DNA of 62,896 nt, counting the filler, from Octopus bimaculoides (lineage: Eukaryota), in assembly GCF_001194135.2 (NCBI RefSeq). It is 10 parts of 8 records of this genome, joined end to end, with 100 filler letters (N's around TTAATTAATTAA, not from the genome) between each part and the next. Parts side by side here need not be neighbours in the genome. Positions count along the whole stretch, not along the records: positions 50,829 to 56,751 come from NC_068983.1; positions 56,852 to 60,342 come from NC_069007.1; positions 60,443 to 62,896 come from NW_026311414.1; 7 more parts are not named here. One strand, given 5' to 3'. Below the pieces are notes generated by a model. That model saw only the letters and a list, made by a program, of their open reading frames with translations, was not told the DNA's origin and ran no database searches. Positions 52,410-62,896 of this stretch are shown here, in pieces. The position numbers and the translations under genes were made by a program. Position 1 is the first letter of the stretch. Each line of letters begins with the position of its first letter.

Positions 52410-52749
52410 NNNNNNNNNNNNNNNNNNNNNNNNNNNNNNNNNNNNNNNNNNNNNNNNNNNNNNNNNNNNNNNNNNNNNNNNNNNNNNNNNNNNNNNNNNN
52501 NNNNNNNNNNNNNNNNNNNNNNNNNNNNNNNNNNNNNNNNNNNNNNNNNNNNNNNNNNNNNNNNNNNNNNNNNNNNNNNNNNNNNNNNNNNNNNNNNNNN
52601 NNNNNNNNNNNNNNNNNNNNNNNNNNNNNNNNNNNNNNNNNNNNNNNNNNNNNNNNNNNNNNNNNNNNNNNNNNNNNNNNNNNNNNNNNNNNNNNNNNNT
52701 ATATATATATATATATATATATATGCGAGCGATGCAATAATACCACAGG

Positions 52750-53158
52750 CACAGGCGTGGATGTGTGCTAAGAAGCTTGCTACCCAACCATACGCTTCAG
52801 GGTTCAGTTTCACTGCGTGATACCTTGGGTAAGTGTATTCTACTATAGCCTCGGGTCTACCAAAACTTTGTGAGTGGATTTGGCCGACAGGAATTGAAAG
52901 AAGCCCGCTTTGTTTGCGTTTATATATATATATACCTATGTGTATCTGTGTTTTTCCTCCAACATCGCTCAAAAACCAGTGTTGGTCTGTTTACGTCCCA
53001 ATAACTTAGTGGCTCGGCAAAAGACACCTATAGAATAAGTACCAGGCTTAAAAATAAATAAATGCTGGGTGGTGTCGGTACATTCGAATAAAAAATTCTT
53101 GAAGGTGGTGCCCCAGTATTAACGCAGTCTAATGGCTGACACATGTCAGAGATGAAAG
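52750..53158 (+). mobile_element. SINE family A
   Basis: Homologous to 24428-24802. Confidence 0.85.
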
Positions 53159-53194
53159 ATATCCCGGAGTGCGGCTATATTGGGACGCATGTGG

Positions 53195-53330
53195 AGTTAG
53201 TCAAATTGACTCCTATGCATGTTTCGAATATTTATTCCGTTGGCCTCTTCTGCCGACCTACCTAGTTAGGAGGGCATGAATAAAAGAACACCAGTTGTCG
53301 AAAATGGGTACTGAATCCCAAGTACAACAC
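53195..53330 (-). mobile_element. SINE family A, diverged 3' half
   Basis: Reverse complement of the family A tail region. Confidence 0.5.
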
Positions 53331-54177
53331 GGACGCATGCATACATGTACGCACACGCACGCACACACACTCACACACAGGGAAAAAAAGGACTGGTCAT
53401 TCGTGGTCTTCTTTCTTCAGCTAAGTTACTAGATGTCCTTACAGTTTCAAGTATAATTACAGGATGATTTAACTTCTGAAATGGATGATTACATCCACGA
53501 AAACACTGGCTCTATACCTAATACTTTGGGGGAAATAAAAGTTTCCCAAATCAATAGGTATATGTTATGCATATAATCCGTATTCAATTAATAAAAGAAA
53601 GGAAAATGAAGAGTTGAAAGTTAATAATTATTTATTACTGAATTGATAATTCTTACTTCCTACAGCTGTTTCTATTTGTGCTCATTAAATAAATGAGAAA
53701 TTTATGCTTTAAATTTGCATTTATAAAATATGAACAAAATATCATCAGGAAAGAGATATATGCAGTGGAGATGAATTTGAGTAACTGTAACATAATTTAC
53801 TTTAAAGTATGGATGAATTAAGTTTAGCTGTAACCTCCCCATTCTTATAAACACCAAGTAGCTAGTTAATTCACTTTATGAGCGTGATTACACCAAACCA
53901 CACGTGTGCATATGCTTACATTTTCGTGGATGATTGTATAAGCAAGTGTACACGCGCCATGCAGCTTACGCGAGGACGTTTACACATCCATATTTCTTGC
54001 CGGTCATTGTTGAAGCTTTTCTCACTGTATTGCATGTTCGTTTCGTTCTTTTGCATCTATGATTTTATTTTTGATCTTCTATGTAAATGAAGATATTTCC
54101 TTACTTTTGCTACTTTTCTTTCTACGAAATGAGAAGATACATTGCACGACTGTTATTTTAACGATTTGTGTCTATTT

Positions 54178-54283
54178 ATCATCCGATGAGACACATCTGC
54201 ACCACCAGATGTTCCTGAATCAGTCGTTGAGTGTCCCACCCGTGAGGGATCGATGCTAGACGTGTCGAAACAACTGTCGTGAT
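54178..54283 (+). ncRNA. Type I hammerhead ribozyme with 67-nt structured stem II insert
   Basis: aucau-CCGAUGA-GACAC...GUGUC-GAA-ACA(ac)UGU-C-gugau; GUC site; U4C variant. Confidence 0.7.
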
Positions 54284-55220
54284 TTGTACTAAATTCTCGT
54301 ATATTCCATCTTCCGTCTTTCATTTACCATATAAATGTATATATATATATATATTTATATATACATTGCAATCAGCTCGACTTCAAACTGATATACTGTT
54401 GCATAGATTGTTAAATACATTGGAATCCTTATTTACATGACATTGCATACACATAATCACAATATATATGTACCCCGACACACATATACACACACACTGT
54501 ATATAGATACTCAATTATATACGTGGATACATGTATATACGTGTGTGTGTTTGTGTATGTCTGCTTGTGCCTGTGGAAGAGTGTGTGTGCGTATGCATGT
54601 ATATAGTTCATCTCTCACACTCAATACCTCCATTACTCATCGAATTCTCTCTGTTACTTATGCATACAAATGCAATTACGAATGCTGGCAAGTGTGAAAT
54701 GAAGTTCAGATTACAGGCCACCGTCCCCAGCTTGGCAATCAATGCGGATCGATCCACCGAATAGCCGCTTAATTCCATAGCAGTGTCGGCTTAAGTTTTA
54801 ATAATAATTACGCAATAATTGTGTTTAATCGATAGACCTAAAACCAGGTTTCTTGTCTCTGAACCAACTAGAAATCCACTTACTTTTCGATAATATATTG
54901 TGTGTGATTTAATTTTCTTCTTTTTTATAATTATTAGTTGCTCCTTCATTCTTCTAAATTAGTTTTGAAACTATTTAAGATATATGCAGATATGTATGTT
55001 TGTGTAGTGGTATATTTCCTGAATAAGTACTTCAGAGTGTGTAGCTGTGTTTGTCTGTGGATGTGTGGGTGTCTACGTGTGTATGAATTCAAAACTCTCG
55101 ATGTCTAGCTAGTGTTCGAATATCATACGTTTAGGTATTTTACTCACACTTTTACCGTACAGAGAGCGTATAAGCTAGTAGCGCAAATCATTATTCAATG
55201 CTTTCGTCTGTTTTAGCAAC

Positions 55221-55301
55221 ACGTTCCCAAATTACCTTCATATTGAGTTTATATATATATACACACAAACACACATATATATGCATATATATACATATAT
55301 G

Positions 55302-55348
<47 letters not shown>

Positions 55349-55412
55349 ATGTGTGTGTATATATATATATATGTTTTTATATATATGTATTCATGTATAA
55401 GTATATATATAT

Positions 55413-55446
<34 letters not shown>

Positions 55447-55540
55447 GTTTTTATATATATGTATTCATGTATAAGTATATATATATTTGTGTGTGTGTGT
55501 GTGTGTGTATAAACTCAACATGAAGGTAATTTGGGAACGT
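55221..55540. repeat. 33-bp inverted repeats enclosing a TA/TG microsatellite core
   Basis: 55221-55253 versus 55508-55540, 1 mismatch; an internal tandem duplication of about 70 bp. Confidence 0.9.
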
Positions 55541-55889
55541 ATTTAACAAAAAGATTACAATCGGAGAATTTGACAAAACATGGTACCCGGGAAATTCGTC
55601 CACGAGATCATAGCTTTGGTCATTGATACCACTCCGTCTTGGTAGCGCCAGAGCAGAAATTTACTGACTATAGCCAATGAACGTATATGACACATGCACA
55701 GATGTAGAAGACACATGCATACGTATATGACACATTCACACGTTTAAGACACATGCAGACATACACGCCTATGTAAATATTATCTATAGGTCTGTCTGTC
55801 AATCTAGAGATAGATAGGCAAACTGGTAGGTAATTTACATTTATGTATGAATGTGTTCGTGTATTTATGTATGCATATATGTGTGTGTG

Positions 55890-55992
<103 letters not shown>

Positions 55993-56071
55993 CTATATGT
56001 ATATATTTATGCGTATATATATATATATATATGTATATAAGTGTATTATATTGCAGGCACCCTTGCAGGTA

Positions 56072-56306
56072 TAAGGCGGCGAGATGGCAGAAACGTTAGC
56101 ACGTCGGGCGAAACGCTTAGCGGTATTTCATCTGCTGTTACGTTCTGAGTTCAAATTCCGCCGAGGTCGACTTTGCCTTTCATCCTTTCGGGGTCGATAA
56201 ATTAAGTACCAGTTACGCACTGGGGTCGATCTAATCGACTTAATCCGTTTGTCTGTCCTTGTTTGTCCCCTCTGTGTGTAGCCCCTTGTGGGCAGTAAAG
56301 AAATAG
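56072..56306 (+). mobile_element. tRNA-derived SINE family B, full length
   Basis: 'aaggcggcgagatggcagaaacgttagc...gttctgagttcaaattccgccgaggtcgactttgcc...cccttgtgggcagtaaagaaata'. Confidence 0.9.
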
Positions 56307-56851
56307 GCACCGTTGTAGGTATGTATAGTGGGGGAACGTAAACTGTAATCGTAAAGGGTTTTTATAAACATTGACTTATGAGAATATTTATGAACATTAT
56401 GGAACAAATCGATGAAAACTCGGCGTAAAATCATCTCCTATACATGTATCCTGTACCTATAAATAATACATTACTAAATATTGGACGCCATAGGGAAGCA
56501 TTTTTGTCTTGCGTTACTTTATCGAGTATTTCCAGACGTCAAGGTTACTGAAATAATGTAAGTAAAATATGGCCGAACTTCGATCCTGTATGCAAGAAAC
56601 GAAAAACTAGGATGTTATTAAGACATAAATATTCCAATCAATTCACTCGAACAAATTCTGCCCTAAACTCATAATGTAACTAAGCCACGAATAAAGTATT
56701 TTGAATAAGAACTGCCGAAGACACTTCATCAATCGACATTACCCTATTACANNNNNNNNNNNNNNNNNNNNNNNNNNNNNNNNNNNNNNNNNNNNTTAAT
56801 TAATTAANNNNNNNNNNNNNNNNNNNNNNNNNNNNNNNNNNNNNNNNNNNN

Positions 56852-56992
56852 CTGAGTTCAAATTCCACCGAGGTTAATTTTGCCTCTCATCCTTTTGGGG
56901 TCGATAAATTAAGTACCAGTGAAACACTGGGGTCAATGTAATCAACTCATCCCTTCCCACAAAATGGCTGCTTTCATGGAAAAATTTGAAGC

Positions 56993-56995
<3 letters not shown>
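56852..56995 (+). mobile_element. SINE family B, partial
   Basis: Homologous to 56145-56235. Confidence 0.85.
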
Positions 56996-57026
<31 letters not shown>

Positions 57027-57027
<1 letters not shown>

Positions 57028-57463
57028 GAGTGAGGAGCAGTGCATGCCATCAAAGTGATACTGGGTTACAATTATATGAAGCCTAATATACCCATCATGA
57101 CTACCCGTCTGATAAGGGTACACCAGGCACATGCATCACAACCATATGTGTGCGACATAATTTCATATCAAGATAAACAGCACATGACCTTGCAGGTGGG
57201 GTCCAGTTAGAAATTCTTCAGGTTGAGTAGCCTATCCCGCTCAAAAGGTCCCTGAATAAGGTTTGTTTAAGGATGTTGATCAAAATACCCATGTTTCCAA
57301 ATGTGAATTATTCAAATCTCAAAGAATTCCTCTCAACACATGGCTCTAATGCTGCCCCACTACTTCTGCTCATGATCAGAGATGCACATATCGTCAGCCA
57401 CTAATGGACATCCTCAACTGGTTAAGGTCAAACAACTGACAAGAAAATCTGTGGTATTGAGCA
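57027..57463 (-). mobile_element. Second copy of the (AAT)n-associated 550-bp element
   Basis: Reverse complement of 3053-3497; (ATT)n at 56996-57026; 5' part lost in a gap. Confidence 0.85.
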
Positions 57464-57824
57464 GNNNNNNNNNNNNNNNNNNNNNNNNNNNNNNNNNNNN
57501 NNNNNNNNNNNNNNNNNNNNNNNNNNNNNNNNNNNNNNNNNNNNNNNNNNNNNNNNNNNNNNNNNNNNNNNNNNNNNNNNNNNNNNNNNNNNNNNNNNNN
57601 NNNNNNNNNNNNNNNNNNNNNNNNNNNNNNNNNNNNNNNNNNNNNNNNNNNNNNNNNNNNNNNNNNNNNNNNNNNNNNNNNNNNNNNNNNNNNNNNNNNN
57701 NNNNNNNNNNNNNNNNNNNNNNNNNNNNNNNNNNNNNNNNNNNNNNNNNNNNNNNNNNNNNNNNNNNNNNNNNNNNNNNNNNNNNNNNNNNNNNNNNNNN
57801 NNNNNNNNNNNNNNNNNNNNNNNN

Positions 57825-57854
<30 letters not shown>

Positions 57855-57856
<2 letters not shown>

Positions 57857-58070
57857 TGTGTTTGTGTGTTTGTGTTTGTCCCCCATCATTGCTTGACAAC
57901 CGATGTTAGTGTGTTTACGTCCCCGTAACTTAGCGGTTCAGCAAAAGAGACTGGTAGGATTAGTACTAGGCTTGCAAATAATAAGTCCTCGGGGCGATTT
58001 GTTTGACTAAAGGTGGTGCTCCAGCAAGGCCACAGTCAAATGACTGAAACAAACAAAAGAATATATATAT
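57855..58070 (+). mobile_element. SINE family A, 3' half
   Basis: Homologous to 24605-24802. Confidence 0.85.
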
Positions 58071-58079
58071 ATATATATC

Positions 58080-58322
58080 TTGTCTTGGCTTGGTTTTGTG
58101 AATGAAGATTTAAGAAGGAGCTGGTCCACATTGAATGAGGGCATACTTGTGGGTGACAAGGCCAATGCAGGACAAGCAGGCATGGCTGCAGTTGAAGGTC
58201 TGGTCAGGATTTGATGGTGTGTTGCGGTTCTTCCTCCAGCACCTTTCGTCCTCAAGATTGGCCCTGCGGATGTTTTGGAAGGAGCGGACAGCATGGGTGA
58301 TGGTGAGACACCATCAAACCCA
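58080..58322 (-). mobile_element. RTE-clade LINE 3' end
   Basis: AVRSFQNIRRANLEDERCWRKNR...TFNCSHACLSCIGLVTHKYA followed by 'atcttcattcacaaaaccaagcc', an RTE C-terminal Cys/His motif and tail. Confidence 0.7.
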
Positions 58323-58334
58323 TAAATAATAATC

Positions 58335-58712
58335 ATACACATTCACCAAAGCCTTGTGAGTGGATTGGGTAGATGGAAACTGAAAGAAGCTCACAGTGTG
58401 TGTGTGTGTGTATGCATGTATATATATGTGTGTGTGTGTATGTACGTATATATATGTGTGTGTGTGTGTATGTACGTATATATATGTGTGTGTGTGTATG
58501 TACGTATATATGTGTGTGTGTTTGTCCCCCATCACTGCTTGACAACTGGTGACGGTGTGTTTATGTCCCCATAATCTGCTTAGCAAAAGAGACCGATAGA
58601 ATAAGTACTAGGTTTTAAAAAATAAGCCCTGGGGATCGATCTGTTCGACTAAAACTCTCCAAGGTGGTGCCCCATCATGGCCACAGTCAAATGACTGAAA
58701 CAAGTATAAGAT
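58335..58712 (+). mobile_element. SINE family A, 5'-truncated, with internal tandem TG/TA expansion
   Basis: Homologous to 24525-24802. Confidence 0.85.
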
Positions 58713-59128
58713 ATACTTATATATGTATATCATATATTTAAATTTAAATAATTTGGGAAAACAAATTTCCAAATCAATCAGGTACAACCCTTCAGCATTA
58801 TATGCATCTGCATATTGTACCTTGGGGTCCTATTTATCATATATTTATCTATAAATATACAAAGTATCTGATAAAAGTCAATATTAATTCAATTTTGGGG
58901 AATTAATTGATATGCAGGTATTCTATTTCAGATAATACAAACAATAACCTAATGAGTATATCTGAAAGTAAACTCACGGTATCAGTTTGCACATCATAAA
59001 ATAATACTTCATGGATATAACCTATAATAATACTTAAAGGATATAACCAAAATTACCAGCAGGGTATATATTATACTTCATTAATTATCTCCTACTTTAG
59101 TTAATACTTAAATTTATTAAATATGAAT

Positions 59129-59262
59129 GAACTACACATGTTTCAGTATTGGAAGATTACAATATATATATACATATACACAACTGTATACATATATATA
59201 CATATATAAATACATATATGCAATCGTCAGATTTACAATTATTCCAACACATCTTCAGGTTC
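59129..59262 (-). ncRNA. Type I hammerhead ribozyme with a TA-rich microsatellite in the stem II loop
   Basis: gaac-CUGAAGA-U-GUGUUGGAA...UUCCAAUAC-U-GAA-ACA(ug)UGU-A-guuc; 9-bp stem II beyond a U.U pair; about 600 nt downstream of the same-strand GIY-YIG ORF. Confidence 0.8.
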
Positions 59263-59865
59263 TTTTTCAAAATATTATATATCTAATTTTACATCCCTTT
59301 AAAAAATAAGCAATACAATTAAGCGTCAAAGATTAGAAATTAAGAATTAAAAGTTAAAAATAAAAATTATACTTTGTAATATTAACAATTAAAATTTATA
59401 AATTATACATTATAAATATTAGTATATATATCAATTATTTAAAATCAAGTATATGTCAAATACAGAATGTGAGATATAAAATTATACATCAGAATAAAAA
59501 TGTCTGTGTTTAAATTTGATATATAACAAGAAAAATTCAAATACATATCTTACTTTTTTCTGCTGGTACTAAAATGGTGATTAGAGGAAGCAGATAGCAG
59601 GGAACTATGGGCATTTATAGGTGATTAGTACCAAGGGGGGTAATTACACTATACATAGTTCTAATTTTAAAATTATCCTCTATTATTATTTTTAAATTTA
59701 CATATATTAAGAGATATATATAATTTGTTGTTATATAATTTTAGTAATATTTAATTCATATATTTATTTAAATTATAGCATTATTTAAAATTTTTTTAAT
59801 TTTATTATTTATAAAGTCTATTCAAGTGATTTAGAAATAAAATTATGTGGTTATTTGATTCCGGA

Positions 59866-60342
59866 GTTTGGGGTTCAGTAATTCATTTTACTAATTGTAA
59901 AATTACTTCGGTGTCTACATTTAACTCTATGTTCATTATATGTGTTTCATAATTCATCTCTAGACTGTAGTAGTTTCATAAATTCTGTTATGCATAATAA
60001 ACACATTTTATTCCCAATATTATAGGAATGAGCTCTACCTATAATAATCCAAATAAGGGTGTACTTTCTTTTTCTAGATTTTAATTCCCATATATATTTA
60101 CTTAAGCCTGTGGACTTACTTAAACTGGGATTTTTAAATGTCTGGTAGTGTTGGGATATTCTTTTCTTAATTTCATTAGCTGTTGATCCAATATAAACCA
60201 TATTTATAATTTTATCATTATTGTTCTTAGAGCTAACTATGCATTTATAAATTACATTATCAATATTACAATTATTAGAAAGCATACATTTAGTCTTATC
60301 ATGACATGAACATTTTTCTATATGCTGATTAAGACTTCTCTC
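59866..60342 (-). mobile_element. Penelope-like element GIY-YIG endonuclease domain
   Basis: Open from the contig edge: KCSCHDKTKCMLSNNCNIDNVIYKC...VYIGST...KKRISQH...LSKYIWELK...CLLCITE...; one in-frame stop before NTYNEHRVKCRH. Confidence 0.9.
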
Positions 60343-60754
60343 NNNNNNNNNNNNNNNNNNNNNNNNNNNNNNNNNNNNNNNNNNNNTTAATTAATTAANN
60401 NNNNNNNNNNNNNNNNNNNNNNNNNNNNNNNNNNNNNNNNNNACACACACACACACACACACACAGTGACACGCATGCACATTCCGTTATCAAATATATT
60501 GGGAAAATTTCAATTAAACCGTGTACATACGATGTATTCATACAAAAGAACGATCAAACACAATAATTCAATTACTGAGTTTGTAATTTGAAAAATCTGA
60601 AAAATAAAATAATTTCTATAAATTATCTTTAGATAAATATATTTGTTAACATCATTTTTATCGATTCATTGAAATTCTTATAGTTTATATTTGTATTTCC
60701 TACCAATTTATTAAAGTTCCAAAAACACAATAAAATCCTCATACGAATTCCTTA

Positions 60755-61499
60755 GATGTTTCGATGATAGAGGTATAACTTAATCATATAATATTTTGTT
60801 GATGTTCCGCTGATGAAGTTATCACGTCTGTATACTTCTTTTTTTGGTATTTTCAAGTCGAGGTATCATGTATGCATGTATTTATTCCTGATCTATCGCT
60901 AATAGCGGTATCAGGTATCCATATATTTTTTACTGAAGTTCCACTGAAAAACGTTGCACGAAGACGTATTATTTTCTTGATATTCCGCTGATGAAGGCAT
61001 TAAGCATACATATATTTTATGCTGATTTTCTACTGATAGAGGCATCACGTACACATGTTCCATTGATGGAGATATCGCATATTCATATATGATGTTCCGC
61101 TGATGAAGGTATCACGTATCAATATATAATTTTCTTGGTGTTCAACTGATGGAGGACTCATTTAGCCATAGATTTCTTTGTTGATGTTCCGCTTATGAAG
61201 ATATCATGTATCCATATTTTCTTTTCTTCATGATCCACCAATGAAGGTTCACGTATTCAATTGTTATTTGTTCATTTTCTACTGACATCCGTAACATGTA
61301 TGCATATTTTTTTGCTGAGGTTATGATGTTGAAGGTATCTCGTATACATGTATTTCTTTCGTGATATTCATGTGATAGAGCCATCAAACATCCCTTTATG
61401 TCTTTCTCGGTACTCCGCTAATGAGGATATTGCGTATCCATAAATTTCGTTGTAGATTTTCCACTGAAGAAGGTATCCTGTAACGTGTATTCCTTTGTC
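60755..61499. repeat. Highly diverged tandem array of about 17 units of roughly 45 bp
   Basis: Consensus by eye gatgttccgctgatgaaggtatcacgtatccatatattttttgtt. Confidence 0.85.
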
Positions 61500-61513
61500 A
61501 ATGGCTCATAAAC

Positions 61514-61615
61514 AGGCACAGGTCTGGATGTGTGTTAGGAAGTTTGCTTCCCAGCCACACGGTCCTGGGTTTGGTTCAACTGCGGGACACTTTCAGCAAA
61601 TGCCTTCCACTATAA
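61514..61615 (+). mobile_element. SINE family A head
   Basis: 'caggcacaggtctggatgtgtgttaggaagtttgcttcccagccacacggtcctgggtttg...'. Confidence 0.7.
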
Positions 61616-61619
61616 TATG

Positions 61620-62072
61620 CCATTGAGACGAAAATGAGCTTCATCACCCATTAACAAAATGAGGTTGTCATTTGCCTCAAAAATTGCTTCCATCTGACGT
61701 GCGAAGTTAAGACATTGTATATAGTCCCATGGTTTCAACTGTTGCCCAACGATCAACTTGTACGGGTAGAAATGCAGGTCTTCATGCAAAATACGCCTTA
61801 CCGATCGATTACCGATTCCAAGTTCAGTGGAATGCCTCTGAGCAGAGCGATTTGGACTCCGTATCAAATCTTGTCTGACACGTTCCATATTTTCCTTGGT
61901 TCGTACCGTTCGTGGCGCCCTCTCTGGTCTCCTATTCATGAGTGTACCTCGTGTACGAAATGCATTCACTGAACGTAAGATCGTGTTACGGGTGGAAACA
62001 GCCTGATTTTGGTGAATGTTGAAGAGGCACCGAAAATCACGTTGAACTGCTGTGACGGACTCGTTAATTCTT
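61620..62072 (-). mobile_element. ITm-superfamily transposase N-terminal half (DUF4817-like HTH to first catalytic D), uninterrupted reading frame
   Basis: ESVTAVQRDFR...RTVRTKENMERVRQDLIRSPNRSAQRHSTELGI...RRILHEDLHFYPYK...MGDEAHFRLNG; 5' end lost in a gap, 3' end truncated at the SINE. Confidence 0.85.
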
Positions 62073-62445
62073 NNNNNNNNNNNNNNNNNNNNNNNNNNNN
62101 NNNNNNNNNNNNNNNNNNNNNNNNNNNNNNNNNNNNNNNNNNNNNNNNNNNNNNNNNNNNNNNNNNNNNNNNNNNNNNNNNNNNNNNNNNNNNNNNNNNN
62201 NNNNNNNNNNNNNNNNNNNNNNNNNNNNNNNNNNNNNNNNNNNNNNNNNNNNNNNNNNNNNNNNNNNNNNNNNNNNNNNNNNNNNNNNNNNNNNNNNNNN
62301 NNNNNNNNNNNNNNNNNNNNNNNNNNNNNNNNNNNNNNNNNNNNNNNNNNNNNNNNNNNNNNNNNNNNNNNNNNNNNNNNNNNNNNNNNNNNNNNNNNNN
62401 NNNNNNNNNNNNNNNNNNNNNNNNNNNNNNNNNNNNNNNNNNNNN

Positions 62446-62490
<45 letters not shown>

Positions 62491-62896
62491 ATATAAATAC
62501 AGGCATAAATTCCTCTCTCGCGTCACACAGACACACATACCTACACCAAGCGCACACGATCTAATGGGCGCAATCCCACAACAACCGCTACCCACAAACC
62601 CTCACATAAACATATATTATAGACATCAATTAGTGACTTCTTTGATGTATCAGCATTGTCGGAATTTTGTTGGAATTTATAAAACATACAAAACTCCTTA
62701 AATCATTAACTATAAACAGCCAAATGGCTGCGTGTATACGCATGCGTATACATACATCTCAATATATATATATATATATATAGGCGTTTAAGTTTACACT
62801 TAGACATACCTGATTTTATGTGAGTGTGTATGTATGTAGAGACATAGTCTATGTTTAGGATATACATACATACATATATATATACACACACACACA

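Noticed and set aside
60755-61499. 45-bp array as a CRISPR, hammerhead satellite or C/D snoRNA cluster (repeated CTGATGA)
   Set aside because: Eukaryotic context, no invariant repeat with unique spacers, no cas genes; no GAAA/stem III after CTGATGA and no paired C/D box architecture.

Overview
AT-rich, gappy eukaryotic genomic DNA with no confidently identifiable host protein-coding gene; it reads as intronic or intergenic sequence made of microsatellites and decayed transposable elements. The tRNA-derived SINE families and the 44N-TTAATTAATTAA-44N gap pads suggest an Octopus (cephalopod) draft assembly (inference, no database search run). Recognisable elements: a near-complete Ty3/Gypsy LTR retrotransposon (16120-19661), a full-span Chapaev3 DNA transposon (43786-45910), four IS630-Tc1-mariner transposase relics plus a pogo/Tigger fragment, four Penelope-like (PLE) fragments, Dong/R4-type and RTE LINE fragments, and about 18 SINE copies. 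The most striking unlisted signal is RNA structure. At least eight type I hammerhead-ribozyme (HHR) motifs from about six unrelated sequence families can be folded by eye. They include a non-coding tandem 357-bp repeat with one HHR per unit (15469-16105), which resembles a metazoan retrozyme, and core variants that recur across families (U.U at 10.1/11.1, an extra A after A9, A6U). All folds and alignments were done manually and are unverified by computation.
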